A stretch of DNA of 64,000 nt from a virus (Duplodnaviria > Caudoviricetes), in the IMG/VR virus record IMGVR_UViG_3300037471_001740, positions 18,940 through 82,939 of that record; one strand, given 5' to 3'. Each line of letters begins with the position of its first letter. The stretch's first letter is position 1. A program made the position numbers and the translations under genes. The notes under the pieces were generated by a model. That model saw nothing but the letters and a program-made list of their open reading frames with translations. It had not been told where the DNA came from and ran no database searches. Below are positions 54,665 through 64,000 of this stretch, one piece after another.

Positions 54665-55217
54665 TTAAATAGATGCAACTAGTTTGTTTGCGCAACCCTC
54701 GACCACTATAGAAATTTTCGCGATTTTGTGTTGTAGCATCCCCGAAGTCGATGGCCAGAGCGCTGTGTTTTTTGCATGCTCAGGGTTTGTGACTTGCTGT
54801 AGTAAAGTTGTCGACGGTTTAGGCCCCAGTAATTAGCAGCCGGTTCTACTTTGCCTTACCATCACCGGACAGTTACTGCAGGGCCCCGCGTAAAGCAGAA
54901 TGATGCAAGTTGTGCGTGCAATCACAATTTCCATGATTCTGTTGTTTGCATCAGCTTCCCCGATGCTTAGAGTTTGATTTGTCACACACCGTAGCTAACC
55001 AACTAACAGGAGTGCATTAGCGAATAACGAACGACAGAACCCTTCGAACCGATGTGTCACCTTTTTGATTAGCATAACTAAGCTGATCTGGGTCAACTCA
55101 TGCCTACGGTTTGAACAATCAGAGTTTTTAGGGGGTTGCCAAGAACTGGCAGCTTGAAGTGACACGCGCATTGGTGCCAGCCAAGCGCGTGTCGGGATAC
55201 CGCAGAGGTAAATCAAA

Positions 55218-55616
55218 GTGATCAACGCGAATTCTATTGCAGCGCCGCAGGATGTCAAGGAAAACAACGCAACTAATGAGAGGAGCTATGGCCCCAACAC
55301 GCCCTCTCGCGTGCTCAGCTTCCTTTATGAGCGCGCCCAGAGCCTTGACGTATCTGAACTCAAGTTCCTCGCGCGGTCGGGCGAGACGGCGCGCTTCATG
55401 GCCGACCAACTCGCCACGTCTATCTCGAATATCGGCTGCCTGATCAGTGCGGACGGCATGCCCGGTCAAATGCGCGCCGGCAACTTCGAGAACAACGAGA
55501 ACGTGTCCCAGTTGCTGTTTTCCATCGCCGACCAGGTGAGCATCATCGCCGAATTGGCCCATATCGGTAGTGAGTGCGAGTTCTCGCTCCGTCAAATGGG
55601 GGTGAAAAGTGTCTAA
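55218..55616 (+). CDS. Hypothetical helical protein
   Basis: 132 aa, GAGGT RBS. Confidence 0.6.
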   Translation: MINANSIAAPQDVKENNATNERSYGPNTPSRVLSFLYERAQSLDVSELKFLARSGETARFMADQLATSISNIGCLISADGMPGQMRAGNFENNENVSQLLFSIADQVSIIAELAHIGSECEFSLRQMGVKSV

Positions 55617-56181
55617 CGCGTCAATGAATCAGATTGCTGAGATCCGGCGTGCGCTGAGCGTTTCGCAAGCCGATTTGTCTGCCGCTCTGGGCGTCGGTCA
55701 AAGCACCATTTCTCAGTACGAGAACGATGGATGCGCGCCGTCCATCGAGGTAGCCATGAAGTTGATGAGCTTTGCGGCCGCTCGCGGTATGACGGTTACT
55801 CTGGACCAGATCTATTCCGTCAAGGCGGATCGGACGGGAAACATCGACGCCGCAGATGAATTCTTCACCAGCCCTCACCCGTTGGTGACTGATACGTGGA
55901 CTGCCGATGACGATACGGAGCATTCCACTGTTCATACGCATCGAATCGCCGACACGACGCGCGCTGCGAACGGGATCAGGATCATCTCGCGCCTGATTCA
56001 TAACTCGTTGGGTCAACCCGACATGAGCGGCGCCCAACCGCTCGACGTCGGCTCGATGCAGCATCTGATGAACGCGATCGAATGCCTGGGAGACTACATT
56101 TTCGATCAGATGGAAGGCATGCGGGAGACGGCCTCCGACCATGCCGCGTACAAGAAGCAGCAGGGGGTGGCACATGGCTAA
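55609..56181 (+). CDS. XRE HTH protein with C-terminal helical domain
   Basis: SQADLSAALGVGQSTISQYE. Confidence 0.7.
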   Translation: MSNASMNQIAEIRRALSVSQADLSAALGVGQSTISQYENDGCAPSIEVAMKLMSFAAARGMTVTLDQIYSVKADRTGNIDAADEFFTSPHPLVTDTWTADDDTEHSTVHTHRIADTTRAANGIRIISRLIHNSLGQPDMSGAQPLDVGSMQHLMNAIECLGDYIFDQMEGMRETASDHAAYKKQQGVAHG

Positions 56182-56680
56182 GAAAGAACTGAGTTTGATC
56201 GGACAAGCCCGTCACCGAGCCCTTGCCAGCGCGGTAGCCGCTAGCGGGATGAGGCAAAAGGCGATTGCCCAGGAACTCCTTGGTGTGAAATCGCCTTCCC
56301 TGCTGAACCAGCATGTGAACGGGCACCGTGAGATTGGGAATGTTTGGGCGCGGCGCTATGAATCAGTGTTTAGGCTTCCAAGGGGCAGCTTCGACATTGG
56401 TGAGGGAATTGCCCCTGCGGAGCCCAGCCCTCCGCGTGTAAGCGGTGATGACGTCAAGGCAGTTGGCCTGCGCTGCGAACAATCATTTCACGCGATCACG
56501 GCTCTTCACGATCTTTGCCTGGAAACCATGGCCAACGTCTCACCGGAGATCGCCACCACGTTCAGCATCCTGCAGTTCGGGCTTCGAAGTCTGGCGCGCG
56601 ATATGGAGGTGTGCGCGGAGGTTTTGCAGAACGATCGCGGCGGCCTCGGGTTCTTCGCCAGTCACTTCGGGAGCGTGTGA
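56174..56680 (+). CDS. HTH protein with C-terminal helical domain
   Basis: MRQKAIAQELLGVKSPSLLNQ; start at ATG 56174. Confidence 0.6.
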   Translation: MAKKELSLIGQARHRALASAVAASGMRQKAIAQELLGVKSPSLLNQHVNGHREIGNVWARRYESVFRLPRGSFDIGEGIAPAEPSPPRVSGDDVKAVGLRCEQSFHAITALHDLCLETMANVSPEIATTFSILQFGLRSLARDMEVCAEVLQNDRGGLGFFASHFGSV

Positions 56681-56681
56681 G

Positions 56682-57317
56682 ATGAATTTCTTCAAGCGCT
56701 TGCCCAAGCGGCGCCCGATGAATCCGTTCGAGCCGGAGTCGTCCACGCTCTATCCGGACGCCGTGATCGTCTACAAGCGATACCGGACAAAGCGGGCTCT
56801 CCAGAGGGTCAGTCAAAAGAGTCATGTCGACATTGAAGTCCTGTTTGACATGACGCCGCTACCCCGTGTCGCGCAGATCGGCGACCGGGTGCTGAGTCGT
56901 GACACTCACATCCCGCAGTTGTGCGAGGAATGGCGCATCGAACGCTATCGCCTGAATCGTCGAGATACCTTCGGTGAGTTCAAGCTCTTGCCGGGTTGGC
57001 GTAGCGCGTTTTCCCTGAACGGGTTCACATCGGAACTGCTGGATGCCGATGGAAACACCCGTGCGCGGATCGTCACTCCAGAGTTCGATCGTGCCGTTCT
57101 GCTTATCCTGCCGCGCTTTCACGCGACCGTGGAACACGACGAAACGGAGCGCATGCGGGTGGTCGTCATTGACCGCGTTGGAATGCGGAAGATTCGCGCC
57201 GGACTCTGGCATTCATCGGGATCGAGCGTGCAGATTGACCTGGTCCGGTTCAATGGATGGCTGGATGAGACAAGCCCGGATCACCGCGATCCGTTCGCAT
57301 ACTGGAGCAAAGTATGA
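56682..57317 (+). CDS. Hypothetical protein
   Basis: Start reassigned to ATG 56682. Confidence 0.55.
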   Translation: MNFFKRLPKRRPMNPFEPESSTLYPDAVIVYKRYRTKRALQRVSQKSHVDIEVLFDMTPLPRVAQIGDRVLSRDTHIPQLCEEWRIERYRLNRRDTFGEFKLLPGWRSAFSLNGFTSELLDADGNTRARIVTPEFDRAVLLILPRFHATVEHDETERMRVVVIDRVGMRKIRAGLWHSSGSSVQIDLVRFNGWLDETSPDHRDPFAYWSKV

Positions 57318-58141
57318 AGACGCTGCGCGACAACGAAGCGCTCCGAGAACTGTTCACGCTGCCGCCTATCAAGGTATCGGCAAACACATCGCTCGCGGTT
57401 CCCGAAATGCCGAAAGAGTCGGATGTCACTGGTGACCGCGAGATCGACGCTGTGCTCTGGCTGCAAAGCATTGTCGATACCGGCCATCAGGAATACATCG
57501 ACAAGGCTCTGGAGGCAGTGAAACGGATCAAAACGCCGATGAAGGATCTTGAGAAGCGCTACATGGCGATGCTGCATAAGTCTGGAGCCCACGCATTTCA
57601 GGTCGTGTTTAGCACAATGGGCTTTGGCGATCTGGAATCAAAAGCGAAGGCCGCGATCGAGCGGGCGCGGAACAAGCATGAGGCACTCGCGCGTTTCGGC
57701 ACCGCTGATGTCCTGTTTTCCGATACCGATGCGGAGAAGGTGTGCAACAAGGCGCTCAGTCGACTCAAGGCAACAGACCTCGGTTTCTATGAGGATTGGC
57801 CAGCAGCGAAGCGGTTCGCAAGACGCCCAGAATTGGTACCGCACACGGTCAGCGACTGTCTGCATGTCCGTTCGTATTGGGCGCACCTGTATCGCCTTCG
57901 GCACGCGATCTATGGCAACGGTGATAGTTCTAGCGAGTGCTTCGCGCACGAATGCTATTGCCTGTCGATGCTATCCAAGATTCCTGCGCGGGATCAGGAA
58001 GAAGCGTTGGCGGCGTTCGATCATCTATATGAGAGCAATTCGACCGAGTCGGACGATGCACAAGCGATTCTGCGCAACCTGGTCATGAGTGGCTGGAGCG
58101 TCATCGATCAACAGGGTTTGCATGAGGAGCAACAGGCATGA
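57314..58141 (+). CDS. Hypothetical phage protein
   Basis: 275 aa, coupled overlaps. Confidence 0.65.
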   Translation: MKTLRDNEALRELFTLPPIKVSANTSLAVPEMPKESDVTGDREIDAVLWLQSIVDTGHQEYIDKALEAVKRIKTPMKDLEKRYMAMLHKSGAHAFQVVFSTMGFGDLESKAKAAIERARNKHEALARFGTADVLFSDTDAEKVCNKALSRLKATDLGFYEDWPAAKRFARRPELVPHTVSDCLHVRSYWAHLYRLRHAIYGNGDSSSECFAHECYCLSMLSKIPARDQEEALAAFDHLYESNSTESDDAQAILRNLVMSGWSVIDQQGLHEEQQA

Positions 58142-58452
58142 GCATCACCAGTGTGCAACAAGCCGAAGACGGCCAACACCAACTGATCGCGATCGCCCAA
58201 CGCGCGATTGAGTATCACGACGCCGACGCCGTCGTCCGTGCCGCCCGTAATGATCTTTTCGACGCCTGCGAGGTCAGCAAGGCGGAAATGGGCTTCAACG
58301 ATTACATCGAGCACGGCACCAAGGAGTGGGAAGAACTCGCCGAAAAGACGTCTGCCGAGCGCGTGGCACTTCAAAACGCCAAGCGCATCCGTTACAACGC
58401 CAGCCGGCGCTTGCAGAGCGCCATCCGCCGCCACCGCGCCAAGGGGGAATGA
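58138..58452 (+). CDS. Hypothetical helical protein
   Basis: 104 aa, GAGGAG RBS. Confidence 0.6.
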   Translation: MSITSVQQAEDGQHQLIAIAQRAIEYHDADAVVRAARNDLFDACEVSKAEMGFNDYIEHGTKEWEELAEKTSAERVALQNAKRIRYNASRRLQSAIRRHRAKGE

Positions 58453-59252
58453 TGAACGAAATCATCAACGTTCACGGCACTCAGTTGCCGGTTGTGGAGT
58501 TCAATGGGTGCCGCGTCGTCACGCTGGCAATGGTAGACAGCGTGCATCAGCGTCCGGAAGACACGGCTGGCAGGAATTTTCGCGCCAATCGCGAGCGTTT
58601 CGTTGAAGGCGAAGATTTCTTCGTGGCCAGTTCCGACGAAATTCGTCGGATCAACACTGACGCCATCCCGCAAGCGTTGCGTCGGCATGATGTGACGCTG
58701 CTAACCGAGGGCGGCTACCTCATGCTCGTCAAGTCCTTCACGGATGATCTGGCGTGGCAGGTACAGCGCGAACTGGTCAACAGCTACTTCCGAAAGAAGG
58801 AGGCAGCATCCCTCACCCCTGCCCAGATGTTCCTGCAAAGCGCTCAGGTGATGGCGGAGATCGAACGCCGCCAGCTCGAGCAGGCTGAAACTGTCGCGCG
58901 AATCGAATTGCGCATCGACGAGGTTGAGCAAAAGACGCAGGTGTTGCCCACGTGCCCTACCCACGCTGAGCCAATCACCAAGATCCGGCGCCGCATCAAC
59001 GAGAAGTACGGCCTGCCGAGCAGGATCATCGATGAGGTGATGAGGCAAAGTCCGTACTCGCCCAAGCCAGCTGGCACGGTTCGCAACTCCCGCGAGGAAG
59101 CGGACGGTGCCACATACGAAGTCTTCTGGATCAAAGACGTAAACCAGATCTTCAAGCGGTTCATGTCCGAGTGCGAAGCGGTCACCTCAACTCAGTGCGT
59201 CCATCCCTTCATTGAAGGCCGTTTTAAGGTAAGCCTGAGGGATGCCGCATGA
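58449..59252 (+). CDS. ORF6N-domain (antirepressor-like) protein
   Basis: RVVTLAMVDSVH..RNFRANRERFVEGEDFF..LTEGGYLMLVKSFTDDLAWQVQRELVNSYF. Confidence 0.85.
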   Translation: MMNEIINVHGTQLPVVEFNGCRVVTLAMVDSVHQRPEDTAGRNFRANRERFVEGEDFFVASSDEIRRINTDAIPQALRRHDVTLLTEGGYLMLVKSFTDDLAWQVQRELVNSYFRKKEAASLTPAQMFLQSAQVMAEIERRQLEQAETVARIELRIDEVEQKTQVLPTCPTHAEPITKIRRRINEKYGLPSRIIDEVMRQSPYSPKPAGTVRNSREEADGATYEVFWIKDVNQIFKRFMSECEAVTSTQCVHPFIEGRFKVSLRDAA

Positions 59253-59428
59253 CTATGTTACAGAAACACTACAGAGTCCATGAAGTGATGGAACTGCTTG
59301 GCGTCAGCCGCTGGACCGTCTACCGCTGGGGCAAGGAAGGCCGAATCAAACTGGTGAAGTACGGCAAGCGCGCGATGGGCGTGCCCGCCGATAGTCTGCG
59401 CGATCTGATGAAGGGAGAAGCAAAATGA
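59249..59428 (+). CDS. HTH_17/excisionase-like protein (59 aa)
   Basis: Hand translation YRVHEVMELLGVSRWTVYRWGKEG. Confidence 0.7.
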   Translation: MTMLQKHYRVHEVMELLGVSRWTVYRWGKEGRIKLVKYGKRAMGVPADSLRDLMKGEAK

Positions 59429-59736
59429 GTGATGTCACGATCGACGGCCCGTCGCTGCTGCAGCAGATCGAGCGGCTGGTTGCGGCGATGGAGCGCCCGG
59501 CGCGCCTCGATGAAACGCTGTGGAGTTCAGAACAAATCGGCCAGTGGCTGGGGCTGTCCAAGCAGACGGTGGAAATTCGCGTCGTGACCCGGCCCGGATT
59601 CCCGGCAGCACTTCGCCCGGTGGACTCAAAACAGGCGCAGCGCCGCTGGTTCGCGAATGAGGTACTGGAGTGGGCGCGCGCAAACAAGGGCGTGCTTCCG
59701 GCGCCGAAGCCTGGGCGGCGCAGAAAGGCCGTCTAA
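59425..59736 (+). CDS. AlpA/excisionase-like protein
   Basis: WSSEQIGQWLGLSKQTV..GFP..RRWFANEVLEW; converges on int. Confidence 0.75.
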   Translation: MSDVTIDGPSLLQQIERLVAAMERPARLDETLWSSEQIGQWLGLSKQTVEIRVVTRPGFPAALRPVDSKQAQRRWFANEVLEWARANKGVLPAPKPGRRRKAV

Positions 59737-59739
59737 TTC

Positions 59740-60759
59740 TCAATCGAGGCGTGCCGCCAGTTCGGCGGCCGTCTCGTCGTAGTAGATCATCAGCGACTGA
59801 ATGTCGCGATGACCGATCATTTTGGCCAACGCCAGCACATTTAGCTTTCGAGACAGTCGCGTTGTCGCCTCGTGGCGGGAATCGTGAAAATTCAAATCCG
59901 CGAACGCCGGCTTCTCCTTCGCTACCTTTGCTCTCACCTTTCGCCACAGTGCGTCCACGCTCGCCTGGGAGATCGGGAAGCACCGCGGCTCTTCTTTCAG
60001 TTGCGGCAGTCGTTCGAACAGCGCCATAGCGCGACCCGATAACGGGACATCGCGCGCATCCCCGTTCTTCGATTTCGGAATGTGTACATAGCGCTGAGAC
60101 AGGTGCAGATTCGCCCGCGTGGTTGCGACGATTTCCCCCTGTCGCATGCCCGTCTCAATGGCAATCAGGAACGCCATCGCGGTGTATTGCTGCGTCGTGC
60201 GGATTTCGCCGTCATCCGTCAGACCGAGCGCCGTTGTCATCACCCGCGCCTCGTCATCGGACACGCGACGCCTTCTTGGTGGTGGATCTTTCGGGCGCTT
60301 CACGTCATGCACCGGGTTTGTGTGGATCCACTTCCACTCGTTCCGCGCAGCTTCGAACACTGCAGAAAGTAGGTTCAGATCACGGTTGACGGTCGAATTC
60401 TTCACGACCTTCAGGCGAGCATCCTTCCAGCCGGCGATCTGCTCAGGCTTGATGTTGCGGACTAGATCGCCGATGAACCCGCCCATCTGGTCCGGCTCTT
60501 TGAAAAACGCGATGCGCGTTACATTCCAGTCGTGCTTCCCCATGCCCGGCGAAATCTTGTCGAGATATTCGTCCATGGCGTCACCCAAGGTCTTCTGCAC
60601 TTTCGAGTAGGGGCGACGCTGGCCAGCGTCGATTTCCGCCTCGATCTTGGTTGCCCACGCGACAGCTTCTGCCTTCGTGTCGAACGACGCAGATTCCCTG
60701 ATCCCGGCTTTCGCGACTTCCGCGCGCCATGTTGTGCCGCGCTTCCGATATGTGGCCAT
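59740..60759 (-). CDS. int: Tyrosine integrase of prophage 2
   Basis: GMRQGEI, SKNG, FHDSRHE, IGHRD, LMIYY. Confidence 0.95.
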   Translation of the reverse strand: MATYRKRGTTWRAEVAKAGIRESASFDTKAEAVAWATKIEAEIDAGQRRPYSKVQKTLGDAMDEYLDKISPGMGKHDWNVTRIAFFKEPDQMGGFIGDLVRNIKPEQIAGWKDARLKVVKNSTVNRDLNLLSAVFEAARNEWKWIHTNPVHDVKRPKDPPPRRRRVSDDEARVMTTALGLTDDGEIRTTQQYTAMAFLIAIETGMRQGEIVATTRANLHLSQRYVHIPKSKNGDARDVPLSGRAMALFERLPQLKEEPRCFPISQASVDALWRKVRAKVAKEKPAFADLNFHDSRHEATTRLSRKLNVLALAKMIGHRDIQSLMIYYDETAAELAARLD

Positions 60760-60770
60760 CCTTCCCCGCC

Positions 60771-60791
60771 TTGGCGTAAATTTGGCGTAAA
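60771..60791. repeat. Putative arm-type sites of integrase 2 (attR side)
   Basis: TTGGCGTAAA TTTGGCGTAAA. Confidence 0.75.
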
Positions 60792-60924
60792 GGATACATG
60801 AAAGATGATGGATTTTGGATGGCTATGGAATCGAACCCGTACCACGCAACCACCCTATGAAGCCCCGTAGATAAAGGCTTTGGTGGATTTTGACAAACGT
60901 TGATTTAGTTTTATACTTTCGCCG

Positions 60925-60946
60925 TCGATTCCTGTCGGGGGGACCA
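60925..60946 (+). repeat. attR core of prophage 2 (tRNA-Arg 3' 22 bp)
   Basis: Identical to 23635-23656. Confidence 0.95.
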
Positions 60947-60971
60947 CATCGGCGACGGACGACGCCAAATG

Positions 60972-61007
60972 AAAAACCCGCAACAGCTCGCGCTTTGCGG
61001 GTTTTTT
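60972..61007 (+). terminator. Displaced tRNA-Arg terminator
   Basis: AAAAACCCGCAA/TTGCGGGTTTTTT stem. Confidence 0.8.
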
Positions 61008-61009
61008 GT

Positions 61010-61029
61010 TTGCTACAGCTTGCTACAGC
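61010..61029. repeat. TTGCTACAGC tandem repeat (x2)
   Basis: Perfect 10-bp tandem, shares TGCTACAGC with 23412-23420. Confidence 0.8.
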
Positions 61030-61347
61030 GTCATCGGGATTCGACAGCCGATCAACGCCGGCGCACCACCTGAACCCTGGCCAGTCGCTGGTCCTGCTGA
61101 TCGAAGAATCGGGCGAGCGCGAACAGCGACGCGGCGGCAAACGGCCAAAGCACAAAGAAGGTAGCGAGCATGATCGACTCCAGAGCGAAACATTTGTAAC
61201 AAGTCTACCGGCTCGCTCCGCAAAGAAAACTATCGGAATTGCCAAAACACAGTTCCCTTTTTTGATAGTCAAAGCCGAACGGGCCCGCCTGGCGCCGCTC
61301 GACGGCAGATTCGCGCGTCGGCCGCGTCGCATCGAAGCCGCCCGCCC

Positions 61348-61674
61348 GTGACAAAATCACGCATTTCGCGTCCCACCAGCCAGTACATCGAAGGACATCT
61401 CATGGATATCAACAAGCAACTCGCCGCCCTCACCACTTCCGAACTGCAAACGGCAGGCGCCAGCCAGGCGACAGCCATCGCCGTCAGCGTACTGCTGCGT
61501 CACATCAACTCGCCGGAACTGTCGAAGCTGCTGACCTCCGCATTCGAAAACCACCAGGCCGTCATGCTGCAGACGCCGTGGCCCGACCAGATGCTGCAAT
61601 CGTTCGAAGCGACGCGCCGCTTTCTCGAAGGCGCCGCGCAGCCGACCAGCGCGAGTCCCGATCAGCCGGCGTGA
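61348..61674 (+). CDS. Hypothetical host protein (start may be ATG 61381)
   Basis: Helical protein with strong GC3 bias; AAGGA RBS before ATG 61381. Confidence 0.65.
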   Translation: MTKSRISRPTSQYIEGHLMDINKQLAALTTSELQTAGASQATAIAVSVLLRHINSPELSKLLTSAFENHQAVMLQTPWPDQMLQSFEATRRFLEGAAQPTSASPDQPA

Positions 61675-62074
61675 AGCGGCGCGTGCCGCCGCCACGCTGC
61701 TAAAAAGCCACACATGAGGACATCCCGCCACGCGCCGGACGTCCTCCGCACAAGACTTCCGCGTGAGCGCCGCGAGCCAGTGTGCGCTCTCCCACCTACT
61801 GCGGCATTTGTCTGAGGACGGGCAGCCGGCATCCTCTTATCATTGCGTCACTCCCTGGATACGTCAGGTCGACCGATGCCCTACCCGTACAACCTCGCAG
61901 TCGCCGCCGGCCTGATGATCGTCGTGCTGACCTGCAGCATCGCCCTCGCGCTGACGTGAATTGAGCCGTCATCGCGGCCGCCGCCGCGCGATATTCGCCG
62001 GATAAAGCGCAAGCCGCGCAAAAATATTTTCGGACCGACCCTAAAGTTTTCTCCGGGCCTGCCGTAGTGCGGGC

Positions 62075-62398
62075 ATGGACACTTACCTCACTTCGTCGGC
62101 GGGATCGTTCAAATCGACTCTGATCGATCAGGACATCGCGCACATTGCCCGCGTCATGCGGCCTTCGTTGCATGGCGACCTGGGTGGGGCGATTCTCCCC
62201 GCCGATTACTGGCGCCGGCGCCTCTTCGAACTGCTCGAAGCCGAGCATCTGACCAATTCCCAGCTCTGCGCACTCGACGACCTGCTGCTGCAGCTCGACG
62301 ACCTGTGCACGAAGGAACTGGCGCCGCTGCCCGTGCCGACCGCGCGGCCCGCAGCGTCGCGCGACGCGAATCGCCATCGCGTAGGCCGCAAGCGCTGA
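62075..62398 (+). CDS. Hypothetical host protein
   Basis: 107 aa, host-like codon usage. Confidence 0.65.
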   Translation: MDTYLTSSAGSFKSTLIDQDIAHIARVMRPSLHGDLGGAILPADYWRRRLFELLEAEHLTNSQLCALDDLLLQLDDLCTKELAPLPVPTARPAASRDANRHRVGRKR

Positions 62399-62698
62399 AA
62401 ACCGAGCCGGACGCGACAGCGGCGGACCATTCCGCCGCAGGTTCGCCGCGCCGTGTGCATTTAACATTCATTGACCCGACGCGCGTCCATCCACGAAGCT
62501 GCTGCCAGCAGCGCGAACACCCGGCGACACAGCGACAGTCTCATCTGGCGCGTCGCCGGGGCTGCCTTCCCATCTCTCCGCCGCGTATTCTCGTCAGCCC
62601 ATCCTTGCAGGAAAATTTGCCCTCAGAACACCTGACGATCGCAAATTGGGGACATTCGTAGGTCATAATGTCCGCAAAAATACCCAGCAAGGATTCCT

Positions 62699-64000
62699 GT
62701 GACCCAGGCTTCACCGCTTGAACTGCTGAAGCAGGCGCGCACCCGCTTCACACAAAAAGAAATCGCCGCGCATGTCGGCAAAGACATCAAGACGGTGCGC
62801 CGCTGGGAAAAGGGCGAAACGCCGTGCCCCGCCATGCTCGAACCGGCGCTGCACGCGTTGCTGCAGGCGTCGACGGCGCGCAACGGCAATCAGCGCGCGG
62901 GCAACGGTTCGCGCGTGAATTTCATCGATCTGTTCGCGGGCATCGGCGGCATCCGCATGGGCTTCGAGGCGCACGGCGGCCAATGCGTGTTCACCAGCGA
63001 GTGGAACGATTTCTCGCAGAAAACGTATCGGGAAAACTTCGGCGAGAATTTCGGCGAAAACTTTCGCGACGGCGCGCAACAGCACACGCTGATCGGCGAC
63101 ATCGTCACGTTTCCCGCCGATGCCGTTCCCGAACACGACATCCTGCTCGGCGGCTTTCCGTGCCAGCCGTTTTCGATCGCGGGCGTCAGCAAGAAGAACG
63201 CGCTCGGCCGTCCGCACGGTTTCGAATGCACGACGCAAGGCACGCTCTTCTTCGATGTGGCGCGCATCATCGCCACGCGCCGTCCCGCTGCATTTCTGCT
63301 CGAAAACGTGAAGAACCTGCTGTCGCACGACAAAGGGCGCACATTCGACGTGATCCTCCAGACCCTGCGCGACGAACTCGGCTACGAGGTGCATTACCGC
63401 GTGATCGACGGCGCGCATTTCACGCCGCAGCATCGCGAGCGGATCATCATCGTCGGCTTTCGCGGCAAGACGTCGTTTTCGTGGGACGACCTGCGTCTGC
63501 CCGAAAACGGCCCGAGGCTCGCGTCGATCCTGCACCGGACGGACGGCAGCGAACCCGAGCTTCCGTGGGACGGCGACCGTTTCTTCGATCACGCCGCGCG
63601 CCACGTGCAACCCAAATACACGCTGACGCCCAAGCTCTGGACCTACCTGCAGAACTACGCGGACAAGCATCGCGCGGCTGGCAACGGTTTCGGCTACGGG
63701 ATGGCGTATCCGCAGAGCGTGACGCGCACGCTGTCGGCGCGTTATCACAAGGACGGCAGCGAGATCCTCGTGTACCAGGGAGAGAAGCAGCGCCCGCGCC
63801 GCCTGACGCCGCGCGAATGCGCACGACTGATGGGCTTTCCTGACACATACCGCATTCCCGTCAGCGATACCCAGGCGTATCGCCAGTTCGGCAACAGCGT
63901 CGTCGTGCCCGTGATGCGCGAAGTCGCACGCATCATGCTGCCGCACGTGCTCGCGCTCACCCGCGCGGCGCATCAAGAAAGCGCCGAGCTGGCGGCCTGA
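62699..64000 (+). CDS. dcm: DNA (cytosine-5) methyltransferase with N-terminal XRE HTH
   Basis: [46 protein letters not shown]; TRD resembles E. coli Dcm. Confidence 0.92.
   Translation: MTQASPLELLKQARTRFTQKEIAAHVGKDIKTVRRWEKGETPCPAMLEPALHALLQASTARNGNQRAGNGSRVNFIDLFAGIGGIRMGFEAHGGQCVFTSEWNDFSQKTYRENFGENFGENFRDGAQQHTLIGDIVTFPADAVPEHDILLGGFPCQPFSIAGVSKKNALGRPHGFECTTQGTLFFDVARIIATRRPAAFLLENVKNLLSHDKGRTFDVILQTLRDELGYEVHYRVIDGAHFTPQHRERIIIVGFRGKTSFSWDDLRLPENGPRLASILHRTDGSEPELPWDGDRFFDHAARHVQPKYTLTPKLWTYLQNYADKHRAAGNGFGYGMAYPQSVTRTLSARYHKDGSEILVYQGEKQRPRRLTPRECARLMGFPDTYRIPVSDTQAYRQFGNSVVVPVMREVARIMLPHVLALTRAAHQESAELAA

Larger units (their letters stand above)
23657..60946. mobile_element. Prophage 2, podovirus-like temperate phage, apparently complete (37,290 bp)
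   Basis: att duplication, integrase, cI/cro, rep, terminase, portal, capsid, ejection, lysis and fibre genes. Confidence 0.95.

Noticed and set aside
60823-61351. ORFs spanning attR2
   Set aside because: They cross the att core and terminator and have no protein-like features.

Overview
GC-rich betaproteobacterial DNA; the gene content suggests Burkholderiaceae (inference). Two prophages sit back to back around one tRNA-Arg(CCT) gene at 23582-23656. Prophage 1 (1 to ~23580, left end outside the window) is lambda-like and siphoviral. It carries a tail tube, a protease-capsid fusion, a lambda-type portal, gpW, gpA-type terminase, a Q-like antiterminator, a Toprim-FtsKgamma-VirE primase/helicase, a cro/cI switch with visible operators, and a tyrosine integrase. 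Prophage 2 (23657-60946, 37,290 bp) appears complete and podoviral, bounded by a 22-bp tRNA 3'-end duplication. It carries an O-acetyltransferase, tail fibres, a lysis cassette, ejection proteins, capsid, scaffold, portal, terminase, two tRNAs, an Acb2-like sponge fused in frame to a lipoprotein, its own initiator with internal iterons, cI/cro and an integrase. Host genes follow, including an HTH-Dcm methyltransferase. The most striking signal is ~1.15 kb of apparently non-coding DNA at 50505-51665. It is built from about 25 consecutive, mutually different short-repeat or dyad cassettes, many phased at 10-12 or 18 bp. It looks like a library of different phage replication-origin iteron sets and may act as a multi-specific decoy or hitch-hiking origin (hypothesis). 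Product calls come from motif recognition only; no database search was run.
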